Below, in pieces: positions 23,432 to 37,176 of a DNA stretch of 64,000 nt. The DNA comes from Setoptus koraiensis. Taxonomy: Eukaryota; Animalia; Arthropoda. The translations under genes and the position numbers were made by a program. The DNA lies in NCBI GenBank assembly GCA_048013815.1, contig CM106585.1:11098001-11162000 (forward strand), given 5' to 3'. How positions within the stretch are numbered: the stretch's first letter is position 1; every line of letters begins with the position of its first letter. Under the pieces are notes generated by a model. It was not told the DNA's origin. It saw nothing but the letters and a program-made list of their open reading frames with translations, and did no database searches.

Positions 23432-23861
23432 CAGGGATGTCGGTGGTTAACCGAACCGAAAAGAACTCAATTTATTTTTCAAAGGAAAACCGAAACCGAA
23501 CTGAAACCGAACTACTATACGGTTTCGATTGACGGCTAAATGTCGGTAATTTTGAGCCATTAGTAATCGCCGATTACATTGAGTATGGTATTTCACGTTT
23601 AGAAGTGAGCGAACCTCAATCAAGCCACTCGTGTTTCGAGCCTGTTCCAATTGGCAGACAGATTCCGCAAAAACCTAACTGTTTCAGCTACAAGAAAACA
23701 TTTGATAACTTATCAGATGAGATCGTCGGTTATCTTAAAACTCGATAAACATGACTGTGAAATAAACATCAATTTTCGGACCGGAACCAAAACCGAACCG
23801 AGCACACAGACAGAGGTTGTTCGGACGATCGAGCAATTTCGGTTTCGTTTCGACAGTTCTA
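23432..23861. mobile_element. Non-autonomous hAT-like MITE (~430 bp)
   Basis: Imperfect TIRs CAGGGATGTCG and CGACAGTTCTA. Multiple subterminal AACCGAACCGAAA-type repeats, inverted (TTTCGGTTTCG) at the right end. Flanks ttgtccaa and ctatccaa match at 6/8, consistent with a decayed 8-bp TSD. Confidence 0.6.
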
Positions 23862-26800
23862 CTATCCAACTGAATGTTTGTATTTCGAGCTCGCACCCTT
23901 TCAGCGACACCAAACGACCGGGCAACTGGCTTTACGCCTATCTTCTCAATCACTGCCCATCCAGTATCGCGTCAGATCGCGCTCGGATCAATCAATCATC
24001 TTTATCCCCACAAGCGTTGCTGGGGTCCATCTAGCCAGGCAACAGCCATAGCTGGCCGTAGTCAGGCAGCTATCTCTGAGCTGTGTTTGTGTGTGTGTAT
24101 GTTTATCCAATAGTTGCACATCAAACCCAAATCAAATTCATTGTTATGTTTATGAGCCATTCTTTTGCCTGCGCCTCATATTGGCCCCATTATTCTTTCT
24201 TTCTGTTCCATGTTAGTACAGAGAGCAAAAGGAAAATAAATCATCTTTCTTCGTGCTCGCACAGTCTATACAACAGCGACAAATAATAATAACAATGGTT
24301 GCATTGATTCTTTTTCATCATCATTTATGCCCTCTCACTCCTGTCTCTGGCAATTGCTCTGACACACTTTCGGTCATTGTATCGCTGGCTTCGAAAACTA
24401 TCGCCCACTTCACTATATACGAGTCACCTATACAAACACGTGCGTATGTATACATAAGTGTACATGTGTATGCAAATATATCATCACTTGATGGGCCTCT
24501 CGGCAGACACACACAAACAAACAATTCCGGTCGGCAAGGGGTCACCACTTGATTCTCTCGTTGTGGTTTCGTGAGAAATTCCGCTTACCGGCGGCAGGAT
24601 AATCAGGATGCATTCAAGGCAAGCACTACATCACTATTATTCGCGTGCGTAACCTGCGACCATCAAAAATAGTGCTGATATTATTATTATTGATATTTAG
24701 TATGGCCAGTTGATATATCAATACGTCTCTATATACACACCCCAAGCTGGCTATTCATTATTCAACTATCAACCGGAAAAATTGTTGTCAGCTAAATGGT
24801 GAATGTTATCCGAGTTGCCGTTTTCGTTTTCTGCCATATTGCTAGCTCAGCCGAAACAAAACTGTGCTGTTTTTTTTTGCGTAATTATCAAATTAAATCC
24901 TCCACTCTGGTGAATTCAAACCGACCATGCATCTTTATAACGGTTACGGAGTGCTATTACGGTGTTAAAACATGCCTCAGCAAGCCATTTCTCTACTTCT
25001 TTGTCAATATGAGTCAGCGTTGGTATGTATGGTAGACAACTTTATTCACTGCTTCGAATGTCGTCAGCGAATCTACATCATGGAACAAGAGTGAATTTCA
25101 GCACTCTTTCTCAGCCTTTCCACTTATGCAAATTGTCAGACTCAAAATAAGCTCACGTCTGATCGGATGGTCTGATCTTCATCGGATTTCATCATTCTGC
25201 TATCCATCAAACTTTTGAACATCAGCGAATCATGTACATGTACTGATAATGAAACGATATTATTCTCAGTTTCAAGTTACATCACTCTAAGACACATGAT
25301 AAAAAACGAAATGATGTATTGATGATTACCATCACTCACGTGTACAGTGTATGCTTGGATAAACGGTGCTATCATCGATTCGTCTTGATTTAACATCGGG
25401 ATAAAGCAGACAGCGACACATAAGTGACAATGTGACGTGATCGCTGTTGGCGCCAGTAGTCAAGCCATTAATGGCTGTTTTGATTCGTTCGGGTTCCATT
25501 TGCTAACCGTATATCTAATGTTGGCACGCACGTTGTATCGCATGTTACAATTGATCTGACGATTGATAAGAGGGGATCGACTAACATCTCGCCATTTACA
25601 TTTCATTACAAGCTCGATTCTTCATTAAATCCGAACTGGTAGAGTGGGATGTCTAGTGGCGTCTCAAGCGGATTCGCTTGAGTAGAAGATTAACTAATTT
25701 TACTGTTTTAAGCCAGCGTGTGCTGGAAATAGAATTTCGCTAGAGTGGAGCGCTTCAGACGAGATAATTAGAGCTCACTGAGAGCGTATTTTTTTCCACC
25801 AAAACAAAGCGAGGCGAAAATAGGTTTTGCCGAGTCTCTCGATTATTTTCTGAATTGCAACTTGCAACGTTCGCGTGTTCACCCGAACTGAGGCAATACA
25901 CAGAGAAATACAATTTCAGCTTCCATTCTAACAAAAACCTTTTTTTTCATCGGAAAATTTCCAACAATTTTCCTCTGAAAATCAAGCGCTTTGCCGATAT
26001 TTGCGGCCAATTTTTTTTTTCGATAATTTTAGTAGAAAAAACACCCTGTGGCAACGTTTCGAACTATAATTTGCTGAAAAAAATCGTTTGGTAACGATTT
26101 CGGTTCGTAATCCTTTATTTCGCCAGCTAGTTGATATAAGCTTCGCCAAGTGGTAACGGGCTTTTAAAACGTGTAAACAGTCCGAAAACAAGCTCGTTAT
26201 TGTTCTAATTTGTTCAAAGAGCCTGTTTTCTGTGTCTGCCCCTAGGATTTCAGCTCACAATCGCCATTTCTGCGGCTATAATTTTTTTGATCTATCTGAT
26301 TTGTTTCTGATTTTGGCGCTTGCATTTATCTCATTCTGACACATTCGCGCTCAAGCGCGCACCACTGACAAGTTGAGCCGAGAAAAACTTATTTTGTGCA
26401 GTTTCAATTTATCCCTATGACACATCACATCTATTATGAAATGAAACTTTTTATTCAATTCGGCTAGTTTACTCAATCGATTGGCGTGTGCCCTGTCGTT
26501 ATTGTGTCGCCAATGTAAATCTAAATTGTAACTGCCATTATTTGTTGCCATTTATCGAATGACAGCACACAATAACGACCGGACATAAAGACAGACAAAC
26601 AGACTAAACCAAATATAATCACTTTATCTATGCCATTGTGGCACCAGTCACGTTGGTCACAGCGGTCGGTCCAGCAAAACGCTGAGAGCCAGAGACATTT
26701 AGATATACGCTCTGGCTAATGTAGCCGTATGCTGACCATTTATGTATTGGCTGAACAAACGCAACGGGACACTGACTGGCACGACAGGCCAGACTGACTG

Positions 26801-29800
26801 GATGTGTTGGTAAGCATTGTGTAACTACGTGTTACATAATACTAACGGATTAGCGCCATTTATTGTATAGATACACACAGAGACAGTGTGTGACAATGTA
26901 AATGCCATTGCAGTTGTGTGCAAATGCACACAGTCTAGGCATATTACTGTATCGCTTGTAGAAATAATTAATCGCATAGAGTTCAAGAGACAAATGATGC
27001 AATCTAATCAAGATAAGATTTCATCATCCGATCGTCCGATCGAGACTGCATTGGCGAACTCTGGATTGGGGCCACAATTTGTGTTCCCGGTTATTGTGCC
27101 AATTATTGTGGATAGTGAAGTAGCAGTGTATAGTTTGCGTTTTAGGTGCACTACGACAACACACAAAATAAGACAGCCGGCGAAGTTGTTGTTTTCTATT
27201 TAGAATACGATAACACGGGATATAAAATATATATTTATGTGTTATCGTTATGTTGCCACAAGATGATAAATTATTTTCTTCGTACTGGTTGTTGTCGTCG
27301 TTTTGGGCGAGCAAGCTACCAAGCGAAAAAGTGATTTCTACCAGTACATGTACAGTATTCATTAAGAGCATCATTCAATAGATTGCGACATGCAATGATG
27401 AACAGTGGCACGACGACAAACTGACTGACACAAGTGACATTTCTAATAAATTGAATTAGTCCGGGGAGATTCTTTTGGTCGTGTTGTAAAGAAACGCGCA
27501 AACATTATCGTATTATAACGTCCCCTGTAATACTGTATTAACGTTATTGTATCGGGCCCCGAAATGGAGTTATCTAAGCTTGCGTCACCAGTCGCTAATG
27601 GATTACTATTATTCCAATTCTATTTCGCTCAGCGACGATGACTACAACGCGACAATGCGACCTGGCGGCCACTGCTTGGCTCAATTAATGATGCTGAATG
27701 AAGCGCCGTTGGCGCACAAACATAAATCAAAGAATACCAATCAATAACGGCTGGCTAGTGGTGCCAGTACGGTATAAGTTATATACCGGTGCCGTTTAGT
27801 AACGCCAAGTTAGCTTCGGCCCAAGGCCAGTGGTGATCTTGAAAGTCAGACGATGCGCAGCAACCAGCGCACTCTTACATGCAGCCACTCGGTCCACTTT
27901 CAATAACGATTCCAGATAACAAGAAAAGGGGAACCCGGGCGCTCTTAATTCATGCGGAGTTCTCTCACTCTCTCAAATAACAACATCATTCTGGATGGCT
28001 ACATGAGTGAGTGATTCAATTACCGAGAGCGCGCGCGCTCGCTCGCCTGCCAGATAAAGTTCAGGCCAGATAAAGGCAGGCAAAGTTTTTCAAGATGTTT
28101 TTTCAACTTGTTCCTTGTTACGTAATGATAATGGGCTCAGTCCAGCATGAGCTCACAGCGAGCGTATGGGCATACTAAACATACATACCAGACGACAGTA
28201 TGAGCCACGCAGTTTGCTGTGCCCCACATGCACGATCGCGATTGTTGTTGTTGCTGTTGTCGCGGCTGTGACGCGTCGCTTTGTCAGATCTACTTTTATT
28301 TATTTGTGCATCTGCCTGCCTAGATCTGTCGGGCCAGATCAATCTAGCTCTTACTGTCAAGCTCGCGCGCTCATGTGAAACAAGCTTCATTTGTAGCCGT
28401 ACATAGCTGATCAGTCAGTTGATGATTAGAGATTGTAACAACAGCCAGCATGCAATGTTGCTGTCTCGTGGCTATGTCATGATTTTTAGTACAATGCGAC
28501 TATCCATTTTGTATTATCATTATCATCATCACTACGCCCATGATCTATCACACACACACACAAGCACACACCCTTCGTTCCCCAAAATTGCCAGGGTAAT
28601 ACCTCAGACTGCCAACAAGAATGAATACAAGCGCGTATGCAAGGTACTGCACTTTGCGGTTTGAATAGTGGGTACAGTTGACACGAGTCATGCTGCAGTT
28701 GAATGAATTAAGTTGAATTAACAAGATGAAATGAGCCAACTAGCCGCTATTTCATCTCTTCTATCCAAAGAAAGAGACCGGGGCAGCATAAATGTTGGCG
28801 AGAACTCGATCCCTTGGCGAGCGCATTCTTTCGGCGATTCTTCGCACCGCAATTGTTTGTTTATATAGAATGATAGGCAAGATAATTACTACTACTATCC
28901 CAGCGAGCGAACATCATGCCCCCTCTTTCACTCAATATTACTCAGCGGCGGCAAACTAAATATGCATTAGATATTTATATATAATGGGCATAATAGTAAT
29001 GATAATAATAATATTATTACATCAGTTTCTGCTGGTCATAGCTTCTTATTTCAGTGTGTGAATCTTTGTTATATGCTCGTCACGATGGAATCACAAAACT
29101 TTGGCCCTATTCTCTCTCTCTCTCCCCATTTCGTTTGAATTCTATGAATAACCTATCATCCAAACTATCCAACTGCCTATGATGTAATAACTGTTTATGG
29201 TTTCTTTGGGCACACACTGTTTCGCTGGTTATGAGAAAAAGGACGGCGAAAAGAGAGATACTGAACAACATTACTGACAAGCATGACAGCGCGAAAGAAC
29301 AACAATCAAATAAAATTGTTACCATCGGCATCAAAAGAAGTTTATATAGCCAACGGGGAGCATAGCCCGGTTTGCGCTCTCCCCTCCAGTGGCCATACTA
29401 TATCATATTGCAAACCATAGTTTCTTGTGATGGCTCGCAATATCAAGACATATAGTACCGCTAATAGACAATCATCTTGTCATATAATATGATATGGTAT
29501 GATGTGTGCATTATCATAGTATACTGGACAGCATTATAGTAGAATAGACAGCACCATTGTGCGCCCTGGAAAAATGATAATAATAATAATAATGATGATA
29601 CTGCATAGTGCTGCTGTTCATATTTGCGACTACACATTTCTGCGTACTACAATTCAATTGATCTAGCGTTTCCGTTTAATTTGGAAGCACCACTTCCACG
29701 GGTCCGAAGCGAAGAGGACCGGAAAAATCCCATGTCCTATCGTCATCATGTTTTTTACTTTTTAGAATTACATGCGATCAGCTCATTGTTGCGACCTTGG

Positions 29801-31253
29801 GCGGCACTCATAGATATCAATCTCATATCATCAATTTGGGTTTAGTAACGAGAGAAAAAATGTACGCGACCTGATAAAAAAAGGAAACTAGAAAAAATCT
29901 ATTTTCAGATACTCAATGTTTTTCGGCTGAGTGCTCGACCTTAAAAAAGTAGAGTGCTTAAACATTAGTTTATTGCTACTGTGGAAGAGCAGTCATATTA
30001 CTTCACTCACTTTAGCCTAAAGGGTTGGAGCATCTAATGTGTGGTCGAAATTTCTGTCAATTTTCGATAGCCAATTGACATTTCGCACAGAGAGCTCGTG
30101 AGTTGTTCAATGAGGTTTTTCCAACAGAGGAAAAATCACTCTGAGCAAAGTCGTTTCAGAGTGCTGAATGTCGGAAGCAAAACAAGCGAGATTTCGTGGC
30201 TGGAATAGATCCGAAAAACATTCGAAAACCCCGAAATGCCATAAATTGTCATCATCGTGAAAATGACCCCGAGATATCGTAGCTTTTCATTGAACCATTT
30301 TTTTTCCAAATTTCAACTAACGTATTTCCGGTCTTTTTCGATGAGAAAATTTGGCGATACGTTGGTCCGAATTTATTCATTCTGCAATGCATGCTGTCAG
30401 AAAAGTAGGTAGCAAACAAGTTTCGAAGTTTGAAACAAACGACTCAATGGCACTGAGTCAGTGCCCACGAATTGAGTTGGTAAAAAAATTGACTTTCGGA
30501 TGTGTGTCTCCCCAACTATATTCGGCATTTATTTCGTCGCCGAAATCAGCTATGCCACACAACATATGTGCTGGTGAACCGGAAATCTGACAAATCTCTT
30601 GTGAGGTCGCAATCATGAGCGAAAAACTGTGAGAAATAATCCGAACGATCTGAAATAATGTCCGAAATCATGCGCAAACTTATCTCCTTACTTGGTCTTC
30701 AATTTCCAGACTGGGGAGGCTGAAAAAAAGCGGACAAAATGAGTTCGCGTTGATTTCGTGCTTGCTCCATCGATCATGCCACGAATGAACGTCAAAATGA
30801 GAAATGTGAGTGTTTGAATCGAGCAAGTGTGCTCGTTTCGAAGTGTCGCAAGGGCACGACCGCTGGTCAATCTGACTTAATCCATTGTTGTCGCGCTTGC
30901 TTTTTTTGCGCAAGATAAATGGCTGCACAATTTAAATGGTCGTCGCGTCGGTGTCGCCAGAGCGTTGTTGCTGTTGTCTGGTGTTGTTGGTCGCCATGCA
31001 ACCCACCCACGCATAATGGGTGATATTCATTGATTTGATTTGGTGCAAATGAGTGTCGCGCGACGGTGCGCGAAGTAACGAACGGGGCCCAATTTAACTG
31101 TCGGGCCGCAATTCAGCGGGCCAGAACGTTGTCACCATTAACCCATTAACGGGTTCTGCTGCATACTAAGCATTTCGGACTGCGAAATTCGGGGCCCACA
31201 GCAGAGAGACAGAACAAGGAAACAAGAATGAAACAAGTAACGAGATTACTCAC

Positions 31254-31918
31254 CTTGTCTCTTTGTGGGCCTCGACATTTTGGCGCTTGTAAGTGGCTGC
31301 GAAACAGTTTCGGCCGATTGTGACGGCGCGTGTAAATTGGCCACCGAGGCACCGTTGTAACAAGATTGTTGTTGCTGTTGCTGCTGCTGCTGAATGTTGC
31401 CCATCGGACACCTGGCCATTTTGCTGGGTGTTGACGGGCAGGGCGGGCTCGGCGTGGCCGTCGACGGTTGTCCGGCGCTGTCGCTGGCCCGGCTGCGCCG
31501 GCCGTCCGAGTGGACGGGCGAGGCGGCGCAACCGTGCAGATAATGCTGCTGCTGTTGTTGTTGTCGGTGGCGATGGGGGCTGGTGGGCACCGATTGTTGC
31601 TGGTGTCTGTTGCTGTTGCTGTCTCTTCTGCCCAAAATTGAATTGGTCAGGCTGCCTATTTGCAACGAACAAGATAATCGCCTTAATGGACTTGTTGTGT
31701 TGCTGTTTGATTGGCTGTTTGAGTTGCTCCTCGTGTGGCCCCTCGTGTTGTAGGCCACCTCTAGCAGATCTGAATTGTCAAATATTAGGCGGCGCTGCTG
31801 TTGCTCCAGCAGCGAGTCGCGCTTCTTTCCCATTGTGGCAGGCGGACACACCGTCACGGGGCCCCTGTGGCACTTGTTCAGCCGATCGAAATCGTCCTCT
31901 TCCTCGTCGTCGTCGTCG

Positions 31919-31951
<33 letters not shown>

Positions 31952-33132
31952 TAGTCCGGCCGGCCACTCGCCGCACCCGGCCTCAGCTGGCCCAGCGACG
32001 AGCTGGACACATGCTGCCTACTACAGGTGCTGCCGTACAGGTGACTGCTGCTGCGGCTCGAGCTGGCCCATTGTTTGGTGTTGCGGGGCCTCATTTGGTT
32101 GGCGGCGAGCCGGCAGTCGCTCAGGTCGCCGTTGGACAGCTCGCAAACTGGCTGCTGTGGCTGCTGGCGGTAACAGACTGTTGGGTCTTGGTGGTGATTG
32201 TTGTCGGCGTCCTCGCTGGTGCTGACGGTGGGCGAAGACGCCGACGCCGACGACGCCGACGACGACGACGACAGCGACGAGCATAGCGACGACGACGACG
32301 ACACAGCGGTAGCGGCGGCTTGCTGTTGCTGCTGTTGCTTTATCCGTCGCTGCTTGATGCTGTCGTTGCGCTGCCGGTAATCGATGGTTACGCGCCGGTT
32401 GCGTTGGGCGCCCGGCGGGCGCTGCCGCCCCTCGGACAGTCTGTCGGCGAGCCGAGCGGTGGGGCCCTCGTCGGGCCCGTCGCTGTCCAGGTTGGTTTGT
32501 CGACCAACAAGTGCGCCGTCGGCAGCGCTCGTTGCGTGTTTGTCTGGTGGCTGGTTGGCCGGCGGCGCTGGGTGGCGGCGCTTTTGCGCGTCGTGCCGGC
32601 GAGATTTCTTCTTATTATCACTTGTTGTTGTGGGTGTTGTTGTTGCTGGCGTTGTTGAGGTCACTATTGACAGTCTTCGCAGCGAGTGCTCAATGAATTG
32701 CTTGCGCTTGTCTAGCGGACTAGTCATGCTGATGGCGCTAGCGCGTCGCGTTGCCTCATTGACATTGCACATTAACAAATTGTCTATGTCGCTGGTCATG
32801 TCATACAAGTCCGCGCCGCCTTGGCTTGCGCTAATGAGACCGCCGCCGTCTTGGCAACTGGTCAGCGAGCACGAGGTTGTTTGCTGACCACCGGAACTTT
32901 GCTGTTGTTGTTGGTGTTGCTGTTGTTGTTGTTGTAATTGGGCGTGTAACAGACGCTTTGTTTGTCTGATTTGATCGTCTAGCGCCGCTAACGAGGCATT
33001 GAGCGAGGTGGGCGAGCAGCCGATAACGGGCACCGCTTGTTTCGAGCAGCGTCTCATCATGTCTGTTCTGGCTGGTGTTTGGCTGTTTCTGCTACTCACC
33101 ACACTGGCCTGGTTCGGGCACTGATCGGGCAT
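31254..33132 (-). CDS. Large low-complexity exon (poly-Q/S/D/T), probable first coding exon of the RGK gene
   Basis: The 628-codon ORF ends at CAA G|gtgagt (phase 1). This matches the phase-1 acceptor ttaatag|AC at 23009, and the five joined exons total 4002 nt (1333 aa + stop). The link is inferred, and intervening exons cannot be excluded. Confidence 0.6.
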
Positions 33133-36100
33133 TTATGGGGCCGGCAGCAATTAGCGCAGTTGCTCGCTGGCTGCCTCAAATCGCGCTCGCTCGCACACTG
33201 CAGATCGGCTGCGAACGCGTCTGGGCACGTGCAACACAATTCGCGTCTCTCGCTCGCTCTCGCTGGCTTGCAGAGGCGATGTTGCGCAACAGCCAGCCGG
33301 CTTACGATGTGTGTGGCTTATGGGTGTGTCTGGCGATGTTGTCTGGATGTTGTTGGTTGGCTCAGTGGAGCCTCTTTACCTTGTGTGACCTTTTCGCGCG
33401 CCAAAACAAGATATTTTGTGTGAATTTCAATTAATGGCGCTCACTGGTTGTGCAATGTTCCACGATTGCATGTGCCGCCGACAGATGCAAATGCGACTGA
33501 CCAACACTCGCGCTGGCTCGCTCGCTGCGGCTCGCTCGCGCTGGATCGCTCGCGCTAGATCGCTCGGTGTCGCTCGGTGCAGCCGGGTGCAGCTCGTGGT
33601 GGTTCGTGGTGGGTCGTCGCGGCGCGGCTAGCCGACGGTGCGCCGCCAGCACCGGTGCCCCGCCAGTGCCATTGCTCGTGGACAATTGGTGTTGGTGTTG
33701 CTGTTGTTGGTGTCGTTGCTGTCGTTGGTGTCGTTGGTGTCGTTGCTGTTGTTGCTGTTGATGCTGTTGTTGCTGCTGTTGGCGACCATTACCGCGCATT
33801 ATATTATTTCTATATTATGTAATAACACGCTGTTTGCTGTGGGGGCCCCGCTTGGCGCATGCAATAAAATAAAATGCCGCGCCGGCCCCAACGATACCGC
33901 TTATGGGCGCCCTATCGGCCCTTATGTGCGTATGGGGGCGCCCGCGATGACCGGCCAAACGATGAGTGGGCCGCGCTGTAACTGGCTTTTATTGCCCGTC
34001 ACCGGGCCTGTTATCCAAAGCGACTGTGTGTGTGTGTCTGACTCTAAATTCTTGTTGGCGCTGGCCTCGATCACCGGGCCTGTCGCCGATGGCTGTGACG
34101 GCTCGCTAATGTCAACCCGGCTTACATAATCATTGATTTGGCCCGCCGCGCGGGCCCCAAAGTGACTTGTCGCGTTGGGCCCTTTGTTTGTTGCGCCACT
34201 GGCAGTTGACAATTGTCTCAAATGGCCCACAATGGGTTGTTGTGTTGGACTGGGTTAATTTATGCCAGTGCTTAGTGTCAGCGCTGGCCGCCGATGATGT
34301 CCGCCGATGGTATGCACTTATAACTATACTTATGTCGCTGATGTCGCTCGCAGGTAGCGCCGCTGCTCGCTGGCGTCTCGCCAGTGTCTCGCCGGTCGCT
34401 TGCTAGTTCGCCGGCTTGCTGTTTCGCCGGCTTGCTGGTTGGCCGGCTTCTTGCTGGTTGCTGGCTTGCTGGTTGCTGGTTGGTGCGGCCGCTGAGCGGC
34501 GCACAAAATGATGGTCGTCGTTTGTTTGCTCGTGGCGCGACTTGAATTACCGCCCACTGGCCATTTACGGCCGCTCGCTCGTTGCCAACTGCTCGTCTGT
34601 TTGCGCCGCCTGGATTCTCGGCTTGCTTATGCGGCTTGCTTATGCGGCTTGCGGGTTCCTTGTGCCGCTTGCGGGTTCCTTATGGCGCTTGCGGGTTGTC
34701 GGCGCTGCTCGCGGGTCCCTTGTGCCGCTGCGGGTTGCGGACTGCGAATCGCAGATAGCGGACCGCGAATCGCGCACTGGGCCGGCGGATGATTCGCGTG
34801 CCAGTTGACGCTCAAAACTCTCCTCTGCTCTGTTTGTCTCGGCGCTGGCCGGCCTCTCAACTCGAGAGCCTCGGCGCTCGATCGGCGCTCGTCGCTCGGC
34901 GCTCGTCGCCGCTCCGAAACGCGGAAGCTGTTGCTGCTGTTTGGCCCGTTCGGCCCGTTTGGCTGCTGTTGCGTGCACCTCAAATTTGTATCGCTGAAAC
35001 ACGCGCTCGCTGACACACGCGCTCGTGGCTGAATATTGCGGCTGTCGACTCCGGGCCGCAGAACAAATACAACTGAACGGGCTCTCTCTCGCTCGCTGGC
35101 TCGTTGTCGCTCGCTCGGCTCGCTCGACTCGCTTGCTGCAACTGGCAACCGCGCGCGACACATCTAAACAAACGGGCCCCTCTGTTTGTTTAGAAAACTT
35201 TCCCCCGGCCGCCGCCTTGGCCAGCCAGTTTCGGCGCCGCTCGCCAGCGCACAGTCCCGGCTGCCAGAGCCGCCGTCTCGCGAAACAACGCAGCCTGTGC
35301 GCTCTGGCGCGGCCTCCGCACTCTGGCGCGGCCTATGTACTACAGAGTCTGTAGTGCAACGCGGCTAATCCCGGAGCGTTGGCCCAGCGCGCCGACTGCG
35401 CCCCCTTGGCGGGGCCAGCGCGCGCGCGCGCGCAAACTTTATCCGCCGCTCAGCCGACGACCGTGCGCGCCCCAATCGCTGAGGCGCGACGCGCCCGCTC
35501 GCTCGCTCGCGCCGCTCATCGCCCGGTCCGACCGGGTCTCGCTGGACCGGCGACGCAGCGCCCGTGTGGCCGCGTCGCCCTGCCGCTGGCCGCGCGCGGC
35601 GCGCATTATGCAGCCGCGTTTTTTGTCCACTGTCCCGAGCGGCCCGCAGACTGGCGCGAGTGGCCCGCTGAGTGGCCCGCTGGCCAGCGGCGGTGCCCGA
35701 CGTGGCTCGTGTTGGTTAGCTGGTGGCTGTTAGTGCCGACATGTGGCCGTTGCTGGCCCTTCAGCGACGCGTCGCACACAGTGCGGCCCAAATGTCATGT
35801 GAGGCCGCGTCGAGACTTTTGTCGAGCCAGCTCGCGACAAAAGTGAGGCCCATTTCGGGCCCTAATCGCCAGACACACACACACACAGATATTATCTGTG
35901 CCAGACGGAGAGACAAAGCGCATTACGTAATGCGCATTGTTTGCTTGTGAGTGAGTGTGGCCGCTCGCTGCGACTTGCATCTCGATGCGGCCCGGCAATA
36001 ATGAGTTTGAAAAGTCGCACTCACTTATTAGTATTCTTGCTCGCCCGCCTGCCTCATTATTTGTTGCTCGCCAGCCATCGAGTGAGCCAATGACTGAGCC

Positions 36101-37176
36101 ATTGAGTGAGCCATTGGCTGAGCCATCGAGCGAGCCATTGACTGAGCCAGCCATCGAGTGAGCCAGCCAGTCGGCGGATAATAGTCTTAGCTGTAATGTT
36201 GTTGTGATAGTGGCGCTCGTGTTTACTTAGCCACGCCAAGCCAAATCCAGTTAGGCCGGCCATGTTGTTGTTGTTGTGTCATCGCGGCGACGGTGACGCT
36301 AACTTGTAGTAGCAGCAATCGTCACCTTGGCACTTGGCGCTTGTTGGGCCCGTTGCGCCACGCTGGCGCACCCCACAGCAAACAGCTTCACGCTTTGGGC
36401 CGGCGCGGCCAACAATATTATTTTATATTACTATTTGCGCCCAACGCTGGCGCGCAAAACAGTCGCGTATCCGATTCAATCTCGCACTGTCGTCACCGTC
36501 ATCGTCGGCTGAAACTTTCGCCCCGAAAGCGAATATCCCAATATTGAAATCTGCTCTTGTGCCGCTATCCGCGCCACTCTGCGAATTTTCGGCGGCTTCT
36601 CGGCGGCTTCTCGGCGGCTTCTCGACGACTCCTTTTTGAGTGTCGCTGCTCGCTGCGCGATGCTGGCACCGATTGCAGCCGCCTCGGCTGCAAACGTGAG
36701 CCGCCCCAACGAATCGCGTCAGAGACGCACGCCGACTAGCTCACAGGCTCGCACTAGCTCGCCGAAAGGGCGCTGATTGGCGTGCCGGCGTTATTAACAG
36801 CGCATCAAGTGAGCAAAGTTAGCGCCTAAATTGGTTGCAATCAACTCGAGAACGACAATAAATGAGCTGCTTAATCATACAAGTCCCCGCTGCGACATCA
36901 ACTGTTCCGCTTGCGCGCTATATCATGCATAAATTATTTTATTATTTTTATTATATAACACCAACAACGAGCACAAGCCAGACGAGCGCCAACGACTGCA
37001 CAACGTCACACATGCTCGGCTTTTATCCGTGGCTTGTCGCGGCTTGTCTCGGCGTGTCTCGTCTCGTCTCAGCGCCAAAATGCTGCTGCAAATGTCTTGC
37101 CGGCGCCGTCCCGCTGGGTGCTGCGCGTCCTGCCTCACAAATCACAAACGCAAACTAGGTGGCGCCGTGTCACTTG

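Noticed and set aside
25030-25420. Minus-strand segments bounded by gtgagt/gtgagc donors as extra RGK exons or a nested gene
   Set aside because: Most phase combinations hit stop codons, and the one open reading gave no recognisable peptide.
25690-26300. AT-rich block with TTTTCG/CGAAAA words resembling a DNA-transposon relic (similar block at ~29640-30670)
   Set aside because: No TIR pair, TSD or transposase remnant could be identified by eye.
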